64,000 nt of DNA from Aureispira anguillae (lineage in GTDB: Bacteria > Bacteroidota > Bacteroidia > Chitinophagales > Saprospiraceae): contig NZ_AP026867.1 of NCBI RefSeq assembly GCF_026000115.1, forward strand, positions 2,713,716-2,777,715, read 5' to 3'. This document shows positions 39,554-49,345 of this stretch, piece by piece; position 1 is the first letter of the stretch, and each line of letters begins with the position of its first letter. Position numbers and translations under genes: made by a program. Under the pieces are notes generated by a model. The model saw only the letters and a program-made list of their open reading frames with translations. It did not search any database and was not told the origin of the DNA.

Positions 39554-41253
39554 TTTCTTTTTGTACGTTCTGTTTCTGCTGGGGTACGTTTTTGCACCCA
39601 AGAATTATCGTAAGCTTCAAAAAAACCTGTTTTATGTGCTTCCTTTTGGTTAATCTTGCCATCTGCATATTTAGCAAAGGCTTCAAAAGCCTTTGGCTTT
39701 TGCTCCTTCATAACAATTAGCGCAGCATTAGCCGCAGATTTTACAGCAATTGGTACGCCTCCTCCCAAATCAGCCCAATGCCCTCCCAAAAGCAAATTCT
39801 TAACGGGGGTTTTATAATGGGCAATTTTTGCCTCCATATTGGCACGACCAGGACGAGCTCCCATGATAGAGCCTCCACGATTGTAGCTATACCTCCAATG
39901 AGTGATGGGAGAAGCAACATCCAAAAATAAAATATGGCTTTTTAGGTCTACCCCTAAACGTTCCTCTATTCTATCAATGATAATAGCTGCGAACTCCTCT
40001 TTAAGTTGGTAATATTCATCGGTTCTAACATAGTTGCCCTTTTCATCTAGGGTGCAGCCCCAATAGTTTTTATAGTCGATGTGAGCCGCAGAATAGACGG
40101 TCAATGTCCCTTTGCCATCAGGAGCCAAACTTTTGTCTCTCAAACTAGGAGGAATAATCGAAATTGCCGTAGTATGAGGATCACCAGAGTCATGAGCGGT
40201 TCTACTAATTCCCTCTTTTTGAATCATAATTAATTCTTCTCCAAATCCTAAATCCTCAGTGGGACAATCCAATGCCATAGAAATGGCAACCGCAGAACTG
40301 TATAATTCTGCTGATTTGAGATTATCTTTTAACTTTTGAGGAATGCTCTCTTTGGGGAGTAATTTTTCATACAACATTTCTACATCACAAGCAGCAATCA
40401 CCTGTTTGCTTTTTACCTTATGCAAGCTTCCCTTTCGTTCAAAAACAAGCCCTTTGCAGATTCCATTTTCTAATAAAATTTCTTGGACAGTTGCCCCATA
40501 AACAATATCATTTCGATAATACTCTGTAACGTGCACCAACCATTCGATAAATACTTGGCTCCCCCCTGCTGGCGGCAACTGATAATCGCCCAAATAAGCC
40601 CACGCAATTGGCAATAAGCAGGACAATAGATCATGCTCAGAAGCCCAATAACGGTGTAATTCAGGGTCTTTAAAAAAGAGGTTTAGTCCTTTGGGCACCC
40701 CTTCTTCTCCATGATACCAAATATAACGAAACAAAGGTCGAATAAAAGAAAGCTTTTTTAGACCATTTGATATTTTATCCATCCATGACATGGTATCTGT
40801 TGCTCGAAAATTTTCAGCGTGCAAATCCCATGTACGGGCTATTTTTTTAGCAGCATCAAAAAATTGCTCTATTCCAGCCTTTTCATGTGGAAAATCAGCA
40901 ATAAGCTGTTCTTTTAATTCATCAGGATTATCAGTTAATACATAATCGAATTTTTCCGTTTTATTTCGATAGATTCGCTTCATAGGCTGTGCTTGAGGTC
41001 TATCCTCTCCTATAAACTGAAACACCCTTGTTACAATTCCTTTTTTGCCACACTGATTCAACCAATGAATTGCAGAATCGAATCGAAATTCCTTGCGTCT
41101 AAACCCCGCTAAGTAGCCTCCTGCATGTGGCTCCTTTTCTACAACACAGACAGACAAACCAGTACGACTCAATAAAGCCGCTGCTGTCATTCCTGAAACT
41201 CCTGCCCCAATAATCACTACATCATATTCAGATTTCGCCACAATTTCGTTCAT
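39550..41253 (-). CDS. FAD/NAD(P)-binding oxidoreductase, phytoene desaturase (CrtI/CrtD)-family
   Basis: The N-terminal Rossmann motif DVVIIGAGVSGMTAAALL is present. The 567 aa length and amine-oxidase-like architecture fit the family. Confidence 0.7.
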   Translation of the reverse strand: MNEIVAKSEYDVVIIGAGVSGMTAAALLSRTGLSVCVVEKEPHAGGYLAGFRRKEFRFDSAIHWLNQCGKKGIVTRVFQFIGEDRPQAQPMKRIYRNKTEKFDYVLTDNPDELKEQLIADFPHEKAGIEQFFDAAKKIARTWDLHAENFRATDTMSWMDKISNGLKKLSFIRPLFRYIWYHGEEGVPKGLNLFFKDPELHRYWASEHDLLSCLLPIAWAYLGDYQLPPAGGSQVFIEWLVHVTEYYRNDIVYGATVQEILLENGICKGLVFERKGSLHKVKSKQVIAACDVEMLYEKLLPKESIPQKLKDNLKSAELYSSAVAISMALDCPTEDLGFGEELIMIQKEGISRTAHDSGDPHTTAISIIPPSLRDKSLAPDGKGTLTVYSAAHIDYKNYWGCTLDEKGNYVRTDEYYQLKEEFAAIIIDRIEERLGVDLKSHILFLDVASPITHWRYSYNRGGSIMGARPGRANMEAKIAHYKTPVKNLLLGGHWADLGGGVPIAVKSAANAALIVMKEQKPKAFEAFAKYADGKINQKEAHKTGFFEAYDNSWVQKRTPAETERTKRK

Positions 41254-41403
41254 AATTTCTTTATTAGTAATACCCTATTGATTTTTTCATAGAGTAATGT
41301 TATTCGTTGATTTGTGTTTTATTTAAAAACAATTCAGGCATTTAACTCATATATTCTCAAAAAATACAAAACTAGCAAATAAATTCAACTTCCTCAACTC
41401 TTT

Positions 41404-42009
41404 TTAGAGAGTTCTTAAATCATCGTTTTCGAACCCTAAATCCTCCATTATTCCATTGATAAACGTTGATTTTGCTTGGGCATAATCGTTGACGGATTCC
41501 CAATCCAAACCAGCCAAATGCAGTTTTAACGCTTCGTAGGCTTTTCTGTCCGTTGCATTTTTTCTCAGATGATTTCTAAAAGCCAGATGACGCCTATAAA
41601 ACAACGTATTTTCTTGCACAACATGTACATTAAACAGCCGCTTAAAAGTTCTATCTGAAGGCATAAGATCATCAGAAGCTATTTCTTTATTGGTCCACTT
41701 TACTAGAGGATTTTTAGATTTTACTCGAATAAAAAAACGCCGAAAAGGCATTATATCATTATATTTAGAAACATAAATATAACCGAGTTGTTGAAACACA
41801 GCAATACAGTCTTCTAATGCTTCCTCTGTCCTTAGTCCCAACATAATATCCACAATAGGCTTAGCGGCTAATTGAGGAATCGAAGTACTCCCTATATGCG
41901 CTATTTTTGTAGCGATATTTGCTATCTTTAATGCCGCTAAAATGCGCTGTTCTTCCTTTTGGTAAGTTAGCTTCCAATAAGGGCTATATTCAACGATTTC
42001 TATCTTCAT
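41404..42009 (-). CDS. GrpB family protein (nucleotidyltransferase-like fold)
   Basis: It is about 200 aa with the GrpB pattern IEYSPYW...HIGSTSIP...KPIVDIM. Confidence 0.55.
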   Translation of the reverse strand: MKIEIVEYSPYWKLTYQKEEQRILAALKIANIATKIAHIGSTSIPQLAAKPIVDIMLGLRTEEALEDCIAVFQQLGYIYVSKYNDIMPFRRFFIRVKSKNPLVKWTNKEIASDDLMPSDRTFKRLFNVHVVQENTLFYRRHLAFRNHLRKNATDRKAYEALKLHLAGLDWESVNDYAQAKSTFINGIMEDLGFENDDLRTL

Positions 42010-42029
42010 TGGTTTGATTCTATAATTTT

Positions 42030-42809
42030 ATGTCTAAATTCGTCTTATTTTTTATTACCATTATAAGTAGTCTTACTTTATACGGAACAACACACAATAA
42101 TAGTAAGTTAACTTTTATAAATCATAAGATAACTATGTCGCAAGATTCCAATAAAGTAATTGTTTATTTGCTCTCAGGCTTGGGCTTAGATCCTGCCGTA
42201 TTCAAACGACTAGAACTCAAAGCAGATGAGATTCATCATTTGCATTGGTTAGAGCCCCAGAAAAAAGAAACCCTAGCCGCTTACGCACAACGAATGGCCT
42301 CAGGTATTCCGTCTACCAACGATTCATTAATTCTAATTGGTCATTCCTTTGGCGGAGTGCTAATGCAAGAAATTTCAACGTTAGTCCCTACCAAAAAAGT
42401 CATTTTAATTTCTAGCATCAAAACAAAAAAAGAAAAAGGAGCAGGTATGAATTTTTGGATGCGAGCCTTTCCTTTTCATCGACTGGTTACGCAAAAAATG
42501 GTCATTGGTTCTTTCAAATCTTGGGGTAAAAAACACGGTTATACTAGTCCAGAAGCACAAGAATTGTTTCTGAATGCGGCTGCTCAACACAGTAGTTATT
42601 ATTTCAGATGGGCAACTTCTAAAATTTGCGCTTGGGCTCCTCAACAGATTAGCGTTCCTATTGTCCACTTGCATGGCACAAAAGACAAAACTTTCTCCTA
42701 CAAAAGATTAGAAGAACCCGTATTGTTAATTGAAGGTGGCAGCCATCTAATGGTTTTTAACCAAGCCGAAAAAGTAAGCTCCTTAATCAATAAGGAATTG
42801 GTTCCGTAA
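42030..42809 (+). CDS. alpha/beta-hydrolase fold protein. An alternative start lies at 42135.
   Basis: The nucleophile elbow GHSFGG is present, with a hydrophobic N-terminus. Confidence 0.5.
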   Translation: MSKFVLFFITIISSLTLYGTTHNNSKLTFINHKITMSQDSNKVIVYLLSGLGLDPAVFKRLELKADEIHHLHWLEPQKKETLAAYAQRMASGIPSTNDSLILIGHSFGGVLMQEISTLVPTKKVILISSIKTKKEKGAGMNFWMRAFPFHRLVTQKMVIGSFKSWGKKHGYTSPEAQELFLNAAAQHSSYYFRWATSKICAWAPQQISVPIVHLHGTKDKTFSYKRLEEPVLLIEGGSHLMVFNQAEKVSSLINKELVP

Positions 42810-42812
42810 CGT

Positions 42813-44237
42813 TTAATATTCAAAATCCATATTGGGGCCAGGAAAACCAAAGAGGTGTTTTTCTCGAATGTACTTGGCAACTTTAGGTGAAACCAATTTG
42901 TCCCAACCATTTTCGTCTTTTCTCAACATTTGCAAGACTTTCATAGAATAAATGTGCAACAAACTTTCATCAAACCCTTCAATATCCACTACATGTCTAT
43001 TTTCTACAATATGCTTGTACAAATAACGAATGCCACTTGGAATTGGCAAATTTCGGCAAGTCATCAACTCACCTCCTCCTTCGCTTGGTGCAGGATAAAC
43101 ATAAGCTCGAACATTTCTAGTAAAAATCTCGCCATAAGATGCAATTAAGCGCCCGTCCCTATTTCTATAATATTTGCTATTGACAATATCAAGTAAGCCC
43201 CTTGCACTAATGACGATACCCAATTTTGCGACCCGATAATCTGCCAAGTAATTAATCAAGCGTTTGTACTGGTCACAATTGGTAATCATTACATTCTGCC
43301 CCAAATGGTTCAACAAAGTAACCCGATCTAGATAATCCTGTTCATCTACTTTTCCTGTATCTCTACGCAAATCTTTTAAGGTAATTTCGGCTAAGGTATG
43401 CGTACCTCTTGGGGATAAATCCTCTTCTAAACTAAACTGTTTTTCTGCCGATCGTAAACGATCTAGTGTTCTAAGACTTGCAGGTCTAAAGCTTCCTCTT
43501 ACCACTAGTGCATTATGTTTGTACATAAACTCCGAAGGATGCATAGGAATTCCCTTGGCATCAAACATGGCAACGTCCGTCATATTTCGCTTGACGAGTT
43601 CCAAGGTGACCAATCGATTATCAACGTTCAAAAATTGAGGGCCATTAATCCTCATCATATCGATCTTTATTCGGTTTTGAATCCCCTCTAATAAAGAAGC
43701 TAAGAGTTTGGTATAATCGCCATAGTAATAATAGCAGGCATAAATTAAATTGACCCCCAACATACCTATGGCTTGCTGTTGTAAGGCAATATCATTATCC
43801 AATAACTCAATATGCAAAACAATATCATTGGGCTCACCTTGAGGATGGAGTTGAAAACGAATGCCTACCCACCCTTGTCCTTTATTTGTTTTGTGATAAT
43901 TGATGGTTTCTACTGTATCTGCAAAAGCAAATAGGCGGCATTCTGGCCGTTCGGCACTCAAGCGATCCAACATCAAATCATACTCGTGATCCAACATTTT
44001 ATACAATCTAGATTCACAGACATAACGACCCAATTTTTCAACACCATAAATATCGTCACTTACCACTTTGTCGTAAGCAGAAATAGTTTTGGCAATTGTT
44101 CCTGAAGAAGCGCCAGCTTTAAAGAAATATTGAGCAACTTCCTGCCCCGCACCAATCTCGGCAAAAGAGCCATAAATATTGCTATCTAAATTAATTTCAA
44201 GTGCTTTTTGTTGGGGTTCAAGAATTTGTATTGGCAT
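42813..44237 (-). CDS. conserved hypothetical cytoplasmic protein (474 aa); family not recognised
   Basis: A long clean ORF with no signal peptide. The N-terminal region reads EIGAGQEVAQYFFKAGASSGTIAKT. Confidence 0.45.
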   Translation of the reverse strand: MPIQILEPQQKALEINLDSNIYGSFAEIGAGQEVAQYFFKAGASSGTIAKTISAYDKVVSDDIYGVEKLGRYVCESRLYKMLDHEYDLMLDRLSAERPECRLFAFADTVETINYHKTNKGQGWVGIRFQLHPQGEPNDIVLHIELLDNDIALQQQAIGMLGVNLIYACYYYYGDYTKLLASLLEGIQNRIKIDMMRINGPQFLNVDNRLVTLELVKRNMTDVAMFDAKGIPMHPSEFMYKHNALVVRGSFRPASLRTLDRLRSAEKQFSLEEDLSPRGTHTLAEITLKDLRRDTGKVDEQDYLDRVTLLNHLGQNVMITNCDQYKRLINYLADYRVAKLGIVISARGLLDIVNSKYYRNRDGRLIASYGEIFTRNVRAYVYPAPSEGGGELMTCRNLPIPSGIRYLYKHIVENRHVVDIEGFDESLLHIYSMKVLQMLRKDENGWDKLVSPKVAKYIREKHLFGFPGPNMDFEY

Positions 44238-44376
44238 ATTTTTATCTTCTAATGTGTTGAAAGCGTTTCTATGATCGGATTAAGCCCGAATATAACAAAA
44301 TAAAATAGCTTCTAAAAGTTGTTTAGGCTAAGAAAATCAAAAGTTTATTAAATCGTATTGTGATCTAGTCGTTCAT

Positions 44377-46188
44377 TTATTCTGGCTTAAAAAAAGATCG
44401 AGGAATAATTTCCATTTTACGCATTAAAAAGGTCGCATTTTTGTTTTTAGCAATTCCTCGGTTTAGTTGATAATCAAAACTCAACTCTTCGTTCTCAATG
44501 ATGCTCTCAAAACAAAGATTTTCAACTTTAGTGGGCAACTCATCCTGCATATTCCCTAGTTCCAAATCGTGTGTAGCCACCATTGCCAAACAATTAAATT
44601 CGATAAAGTGACGCACCAAAAGCTGTGAGCCCAAAAGCTTATCTTCTGAGTTGGTTCCCTTTAATATTTCATCTAAAATAATAAAAGAAGGTTTTCCTTT
44701 TTTTAGCGTATTAATGATATACTGCAAGCGCAATAATTCTGCTTGAAAATAAGAAGTTTGTTGGCTTATAGAGTCTTGCACTCGCATGGAGGTCATAATA
44801 TCCATTATTGAACACCTAAATTTAGTGGCACAAACAGGAGCGCCACACTTTGCCAACAGCAAATTAATAGCCACACAACGCAAAAAGGTACTCTTTCCTG
44901 CCATATTAGAACCTGTAACCACAAAAACCCGATGTTGAGCTCCTAGTTTTGTATCGTTACAAACTCTTTCAGCTCTAGGGATTAAAGGATGCCCCAAGGC
45001 AGAAGCTTCAATAAAAAGCTCGTCAGTTTTTTCTAACTGAGGAAAATTAAGTTCTGGATTATTATAGTTAAAAGTAGCCAAACTAACCAAGGTATCTAAT
45101 GCAGCAACACTTTCTAGCCAATTGGTCAAAAAAGCTTTGTGTTTTTGTTTCCAGCCTTCTAATGCAAACAAACAATGTACATCATATAAAATGAGCAAGT
45201 TGAGCCCCAAGCCCACAAAGATGTTCAAACGTTGATCAAAATAATTGACAATGGTAGACAAGCGCCCAAATCCTGATTGGGCAGCTTCGGCAACTTCTTT
45301 TATTTCATTTAGCACCGCTGAATCTTCAAATTCTTGCTGATTAGCTAGATTTAATAAAGACACATACATTTTCAGGATTTCCTGCCGTTGTCCTATTGCC
45401 GTATGTTCCTTCCCTACATATTTGCTTTTGATTCCCAGCAAACCAAAATTAAAAAGCCCAACAATCAGTAAGGGTACGTGGTTTAGGCTTACGATAAAGT
45501 AGCCCAATGCACTGAGCGCAATTAGTGGCATCAATACTCGAATGATTCTCCAAAAAGGAGCATTCAAAAAAGCCATAGGTGCTTCTGCCCATTCTTTCAA
45601 ATAACTAATATCTTCTAAGGTATCTTCTGTAATCCTCCCATTTGCCATAAATTCTTGGCGAAAATCAATTTTGGGCGCTAGAACCTGAACGGCTTTTTGT
45701 TGTTGATAAATTTGTGTTGGCTCTTCCAAAGGAGCTTTTAATAAATTTGCCAAACGCTGTTTCCCTTTAGATGTTGAGGTTCTATTTAGAAAAGCAAAAA
45801 TTCCCGAAGGTCCAAATAGATCCAAATCCGAACAATAGTCATGCATTGGGTCATCGTATTCTTTGCCACCGTCAAATTGTGGTCGGTTATTCTGTACGAT
45901 GTCTAATTCTTTTTGGTTGATAATAACCAATTCATCAATTCTCCGCTTCTCATCAAAATGACGCTGGTGCAAACGCACAAAAAAGATAAAAATTGGTAAG
46001 GTTGCTAAAAAGCCCCACCACCAATACATATCCTGAAACTCTGATCCAAAAAACTTCACCAATAGATAAACCATTAGCACAAATAAACCTACCCGAACAT
46101 TGCCAATCTGCCACATTCTTTGAGCCTTCTCTTTTTGTTGAACAACAAAATTATCCAAACGTTCCTGGTATATTTTTTCTAAATTCAT
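44377..46188 (-). CDS. MutS-family ATPase paralog (MutS domain V only) with N-terminal TM helices
   Basis: The MutS ABC-ATPase block reads VFVVTGSNMAGKSTFLRCVAINLLLA...SFIILDEILKGTNSEDK. TM segments lie in the first ~250 aa. No mismatch-binding domain is present. Confidence 0.7.
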   Translation of the reverse strand: MNLEKIYQERLDNFVVQQKEKAQRMWQIGNVRVGLFVLMVYLLVKFFGSEFQDMYWWWGFLATLPIFIFFVRLHQRHFDEKRRIDELVIINQKELDIVQNNRPQFDGGKEYDDPMHDYCSDLDLFGPSGIFAFLNRTSTSKGKQRLANLLKAPLEEPTQIYQQQKAVQVLAPKIDFRQEFMANGRITEDTLEDISYLKEWAEAPMAFLNAPFWRIIRVLMPLIALSALGYFIVSLNHVPLLIVGLFNFGLLGIKSKYVGKEHTAIGQRQEILKMYVSLLNLANQQEFEDSAVLNEIKEVAEAAQSGFGRLSTIVNYFDQRLNIFVGLGLNLLILYDVHCLFALEGWKQKHKAFLTNWLESVAALDTLVSLATFNYNNPELNFPQLEKTDELFIEASALGHPLIPRAERVCNDTKLGAQHRVFVVTGSNMAGKSTFLRCVAINLLLAKCGAPVCATKFRCSIMDIMTSMRVQDSISQQTSYFQAELLRLQYIINTLKKGKPSFIILDEILKGTNSEDKLLGSQLLVRHFIEFNCLAMVATHDLELGNMQDELPTKVENLCFESIIENEELSFDYQLNRGIAKNKNATFLMRKMEIIPRSFFKPE

Positions 46189-46491
46189 CTTAATTTATTA
46201 TCATCTTTATCCATCAAGTATTCTGCCTATAACTTCAATAACAAGCATAAAGTCAGAATCTCATTACTCCGTTTAAAAATCGTATTCTACTGATTATCAA
46301 AATGATGTGATTTTACCACTCAAAACATTAGTTGTTTAATAACCTAGCTTTGCTAGCTCATGTAATAATCAATCGAATACAAGATGTTTTTTTGCTTTTT
46401 TTTGTAAAAATCAAAAAATTAACGGAGTATTAAGAATCTATTACCTTGAATTTTTCATTTCAAAATTTACAAGCACGCAATATCTCAAATC

Positions 46492-47631
46492 ATGTTAATA
46501 CCTACAAATATTATTCAAGAAACTATTCAAATACGCAGACATATCCATCAATATCCAGAACTTGGTGCAGAAGTTCACCAAACGGTAAAACTGGTAGCCC
46601 AAGAACTCCAAGCATTAGGTCTCGAAGTACATGCTAACATTGGCAAAAATGGCTTGTATGCAGATCTAAATGTTCCTAATGCCAACAAACGAATCGCTTT
46701 ACGTGCCGATATGGATGCCTTGCCCATTCAAGAATTAGGAAATAAAGAATTTCAGTCTACCATAGATGGTGTTTCGCATATGTGTGGACACGATGCTCAT
46801 ACGGCTATGTTGTTGGGCGCAGCCAAATGGATCGTAAAAAACAAAGCACAACTCAAGCACAACATTCGGTTTATCTTTCAGCCCGATGAAGAAAATGTAC
46901 CTGGTGGAGCGATTCCTATGATAGAAGATGGAGTGCTGAATGGTGTAGACGAAATATATGGGCAGCATGTTTGGCCGACCATCGAAACTGGAAAAATTGG
47001 CATTTGCGAAGGTCCCGCAATGGGGCAACCTGATATTTTGGAAATTCAAATCAAAGGCAAAGGAGGGCATGCTGCCTACCCACACATAACCATTGACCCC
47101 ATTATAATTGCAGCTCAATACATCAATGCTGTCCAAACTATTGTTTCTAGAAATACCCCTGCACTAGAAGCCGCCGTTATCTCTTTTACGATCATAGAGG
47201 CAGGAACTGCTCATAATATCATTCCCGAAACCGTCAAACTAACTGCTTCTATCCGCACCTTATCAATGGCTACTAAAACTAAAGTAAAACAACGCCTATA
47301 CAAGCTTCTGGAGCATACTTGTCAAGCTCATGGTGCAGCATTCACCTTCAATTATATTAACGGGCATACCATTACTTATAATGATCCCATTGTTGCTCAA
47401 AAAATTGCTCAATTACTTCCTAAAGACAATACCTTATTTCCATATCCTCCATCTATGGCAGGAGAAGACTTTGGGTATTATTCTCAACAAATCCCAGCTT
47501 GCTTTATCTTTCTGGGTTGCCGCAACGAAGAAAAAGGAATCACTGCAATGTTGCACAATCCTTATTTTGATATAGACGAAAATTGCCTAGAAATTGGTCT
47601 GCAACTCTGGTATACGATTGCTATGCAATAA
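46492..47631 (+). CDS. M20D family amidohydrolase (hippurate hydrolase / N-acyl-amino-acid amidohydrolase-like)
   Basis: Metal-binding motifs are HMCGHDAHTAMLLGAA and PDEE. Confidence 0.8.
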   Translation: MLIPTNIIQETIQIRRHIHQYPELGAEVHQTVKLVAQELQALGLEVHANIGKNGLYADLNVPNANKRIALRADMDALPIQELGNKEFQSTIDGVSHMCGHDAHTAMLLGAAKWIVKNKAQLKHNIRFIFQPDEENVPGGAIPMIEDGVLNGVDEIYGQHVWPTIETGKIGICEGPAMGQPDILEIQIKGKGGHAAYPHITIDPIIIAAQYINAVQTIVSRNTPALEAAVISFTIIEAGTAHNIIPETVKLTASIRTLSMATKTKVKQRLYKLLEHTCQAHGAAFTFNYINGHTITYNDPIVAQKIAQLLPKDNTLFPYPPSMAGEDFGYYSQQIPACFIFLGCRNEEKGITAMLHNPYFDIDENCLEIGLQLWYTIAMQ

Positions 47632-48156
47632 AATTTTAGGGTGTTTTGTACTATCAAAACACCATTTTTTCTCTAATCCTAAAGAACTTTATCCCTCATT
47701 TGGGGTATAAAAAATCGCAAAATAAAAAGTTATCCACATTTTAAAACAATAAGATTTTCTTTACAAAAAAAAGTTTTCAAAAAACATCAAACAAATTTGT
47801 TTATTTCTGATTTTTTTTGCATAAACAAAAAAAGAGAATAATGCTTTTAAAATGCTCAAAATCTAGCTTTTTAGGCTGTGCAAGTCAGTTATTCACAAAA
47901 AAGCTGTTAATAAGTTCAATTTACGCTCCATGATTTCTTTAATTTAATATATTAAACCACAAACCATTGACTTTCAATCAATAACAAACCACAAAATGCA
48001 TTTACTCACAAAGATTATTTGTGCATTTGGAATAAAAACTCTAACTTTGAATAGCATAAAAATTAACACGGATAAGAACGAGTTAGATAGGTTCTATTAA
48101 CACACCAAAATACATCTTTTCACTAAACTTATCCACAACAAATTGTTTTAAACTAA

Positions 48157-49131
48157 ATGAATAATAAAGAATTAATTCTTACGGAGAGTGATGATCGTTT
48201 TGTTTTATTCCCAATTCAGCACGATGCAGTGTGGGAAATGCGAAAAAAAGCTTTAGCTTGTTTTTGGACAACAGATGAAATCGACTTAGAAGCAGACATT
48301 ATTGATTGGAACAATAAATTGAATGACAATGAGCGTCATTTTATCAAACATGTTCTTGCTTTTTTTGCAGCAAGTGATGGCATCGTTAATGAGAATTTGG
48401 TCCTAAATTTTTATAAAGATGTTCAAATCGCTGAAGCACGATCTTTTTACTCGACACAAATACAAATCGAGGATATTCATGCTGAGACATATAGCCTTCT
48501 GATTGACACTTACATCAGAGACACTGAAGAAAAAAATAGACTTTTTAAAGCAATGGATACCCTGCCTTGCGTACAGAAAAAAGCTAAATGGGCACTAAAA
48601 TGGATCGACGAAGCGCCTTCTTTTGCGCACCGATTAATTGCCTTTGCTGCTGTAGAAGGTATCTTCTTCTCTGGTAGTTTTTGTGCAATTTATTGGCTCA
48701 AAAAACGAGGTTTAATGCCTGGCTTAACCTTCTCTAATGAATTGATCAGTAGAGACGAAGGAATGCATTGTGACTTTGCTTGTTTGCTTTATTCTATGCT
48801 AGAAAACAAATTGGACAAACAAGTGGTTCAAGATATTATCACAGAGGCTGTTTTATTCGAAAAAGAATTTGTAACAGATGCCTTGCCTGTTTCTCTAATT
48901 GGTATGAATGCTGGATTGATGACCGAATACATTGAGTTTGTTGCAGATCGTCTTTTGGTCTCTTTAGGCAATGAAAAGGTTTATGGGACTGCTAACCCCT
49001 TTTCTTGGATGGATTTAATTTCTTTGCAAGGAAAAACAAACTTCTTTGAAAAACGTGTTGGAGATTATCAAAAGGCTGGCGTTATGGCCGACCGTGATAA
49101 ACAAACGTTTTCTTTGGATGAAGATTTCTAA
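48157..49131 (+). CDS. nrdB: ribonucleoside-diphosphate reductase beta subunit (class Ia R2)
   Basis: Di-iron ligand blocks ([11 protein letters not shown]) are present. A radical tyrosine context is present. The C-terminal tail ends in DEDF. Confidence 0.85.
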   Translation: MNNKELILTESDDRFVLFPIQHDAVWEMRKKALACFWTTDEIDLEADIIDWNNKLNDNERHFIKHVLAFFAASDGIVNENLVLNFYKDVQIAEARSFYSTQIQIEDIHAETYSLLIDTYIRDTEEKNRLFKAMDTLPCVQKKAKWALKWIDEAPSFAHRLIAFAAVEGIFFSGSFCAIYWLKKRGLMPGLTFSNELISRDEGMHCDFACLLYSMLENKLDKQVVQDIITEAVLFEKEFVTDALPVSLIGMNAGLMTEYIEFVADRLLVSLGNEKVYGTANPFSWMDLISLQGKTNFFEKRVGDYQKAGVMADRDKQTFSLDEDF

Positions 49132-49345
49132 TTTCATCCCACTTTATCACTAGAATAAAACTAAAAACACACAAAACTTGATAAGTGGCTATCGGGGCAA
49201 TCGTTAGGTTCTCTAGGGTAGTCACTCGCTAATCCTTTGACCTTAATCAAAAGATTCTGCGCCCTAAAGTATCACTAGTATTCATACTAGTAATTCTTCC
49301 ATCATTCTAAATGCGTTTAATGCGCATTTTATTAAAACAAAGAAA

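Noticed and set aside
42030-42134. Only 20 bp between the divergent starts of GrpB (42009) and the alpha/beta hydrolase (42030)
   Set aside because: This is probably an over-extended start call. The internal Met at 42135 gives a normal 125-bp divergent promoter region. It was not treated as a regulatory oddity.
46446-46637. 63-aa ORF overlapping the amidohydrolase start
   Set aside because: It is in an alternative frame with Ser/Arg-rich low-complexity content.
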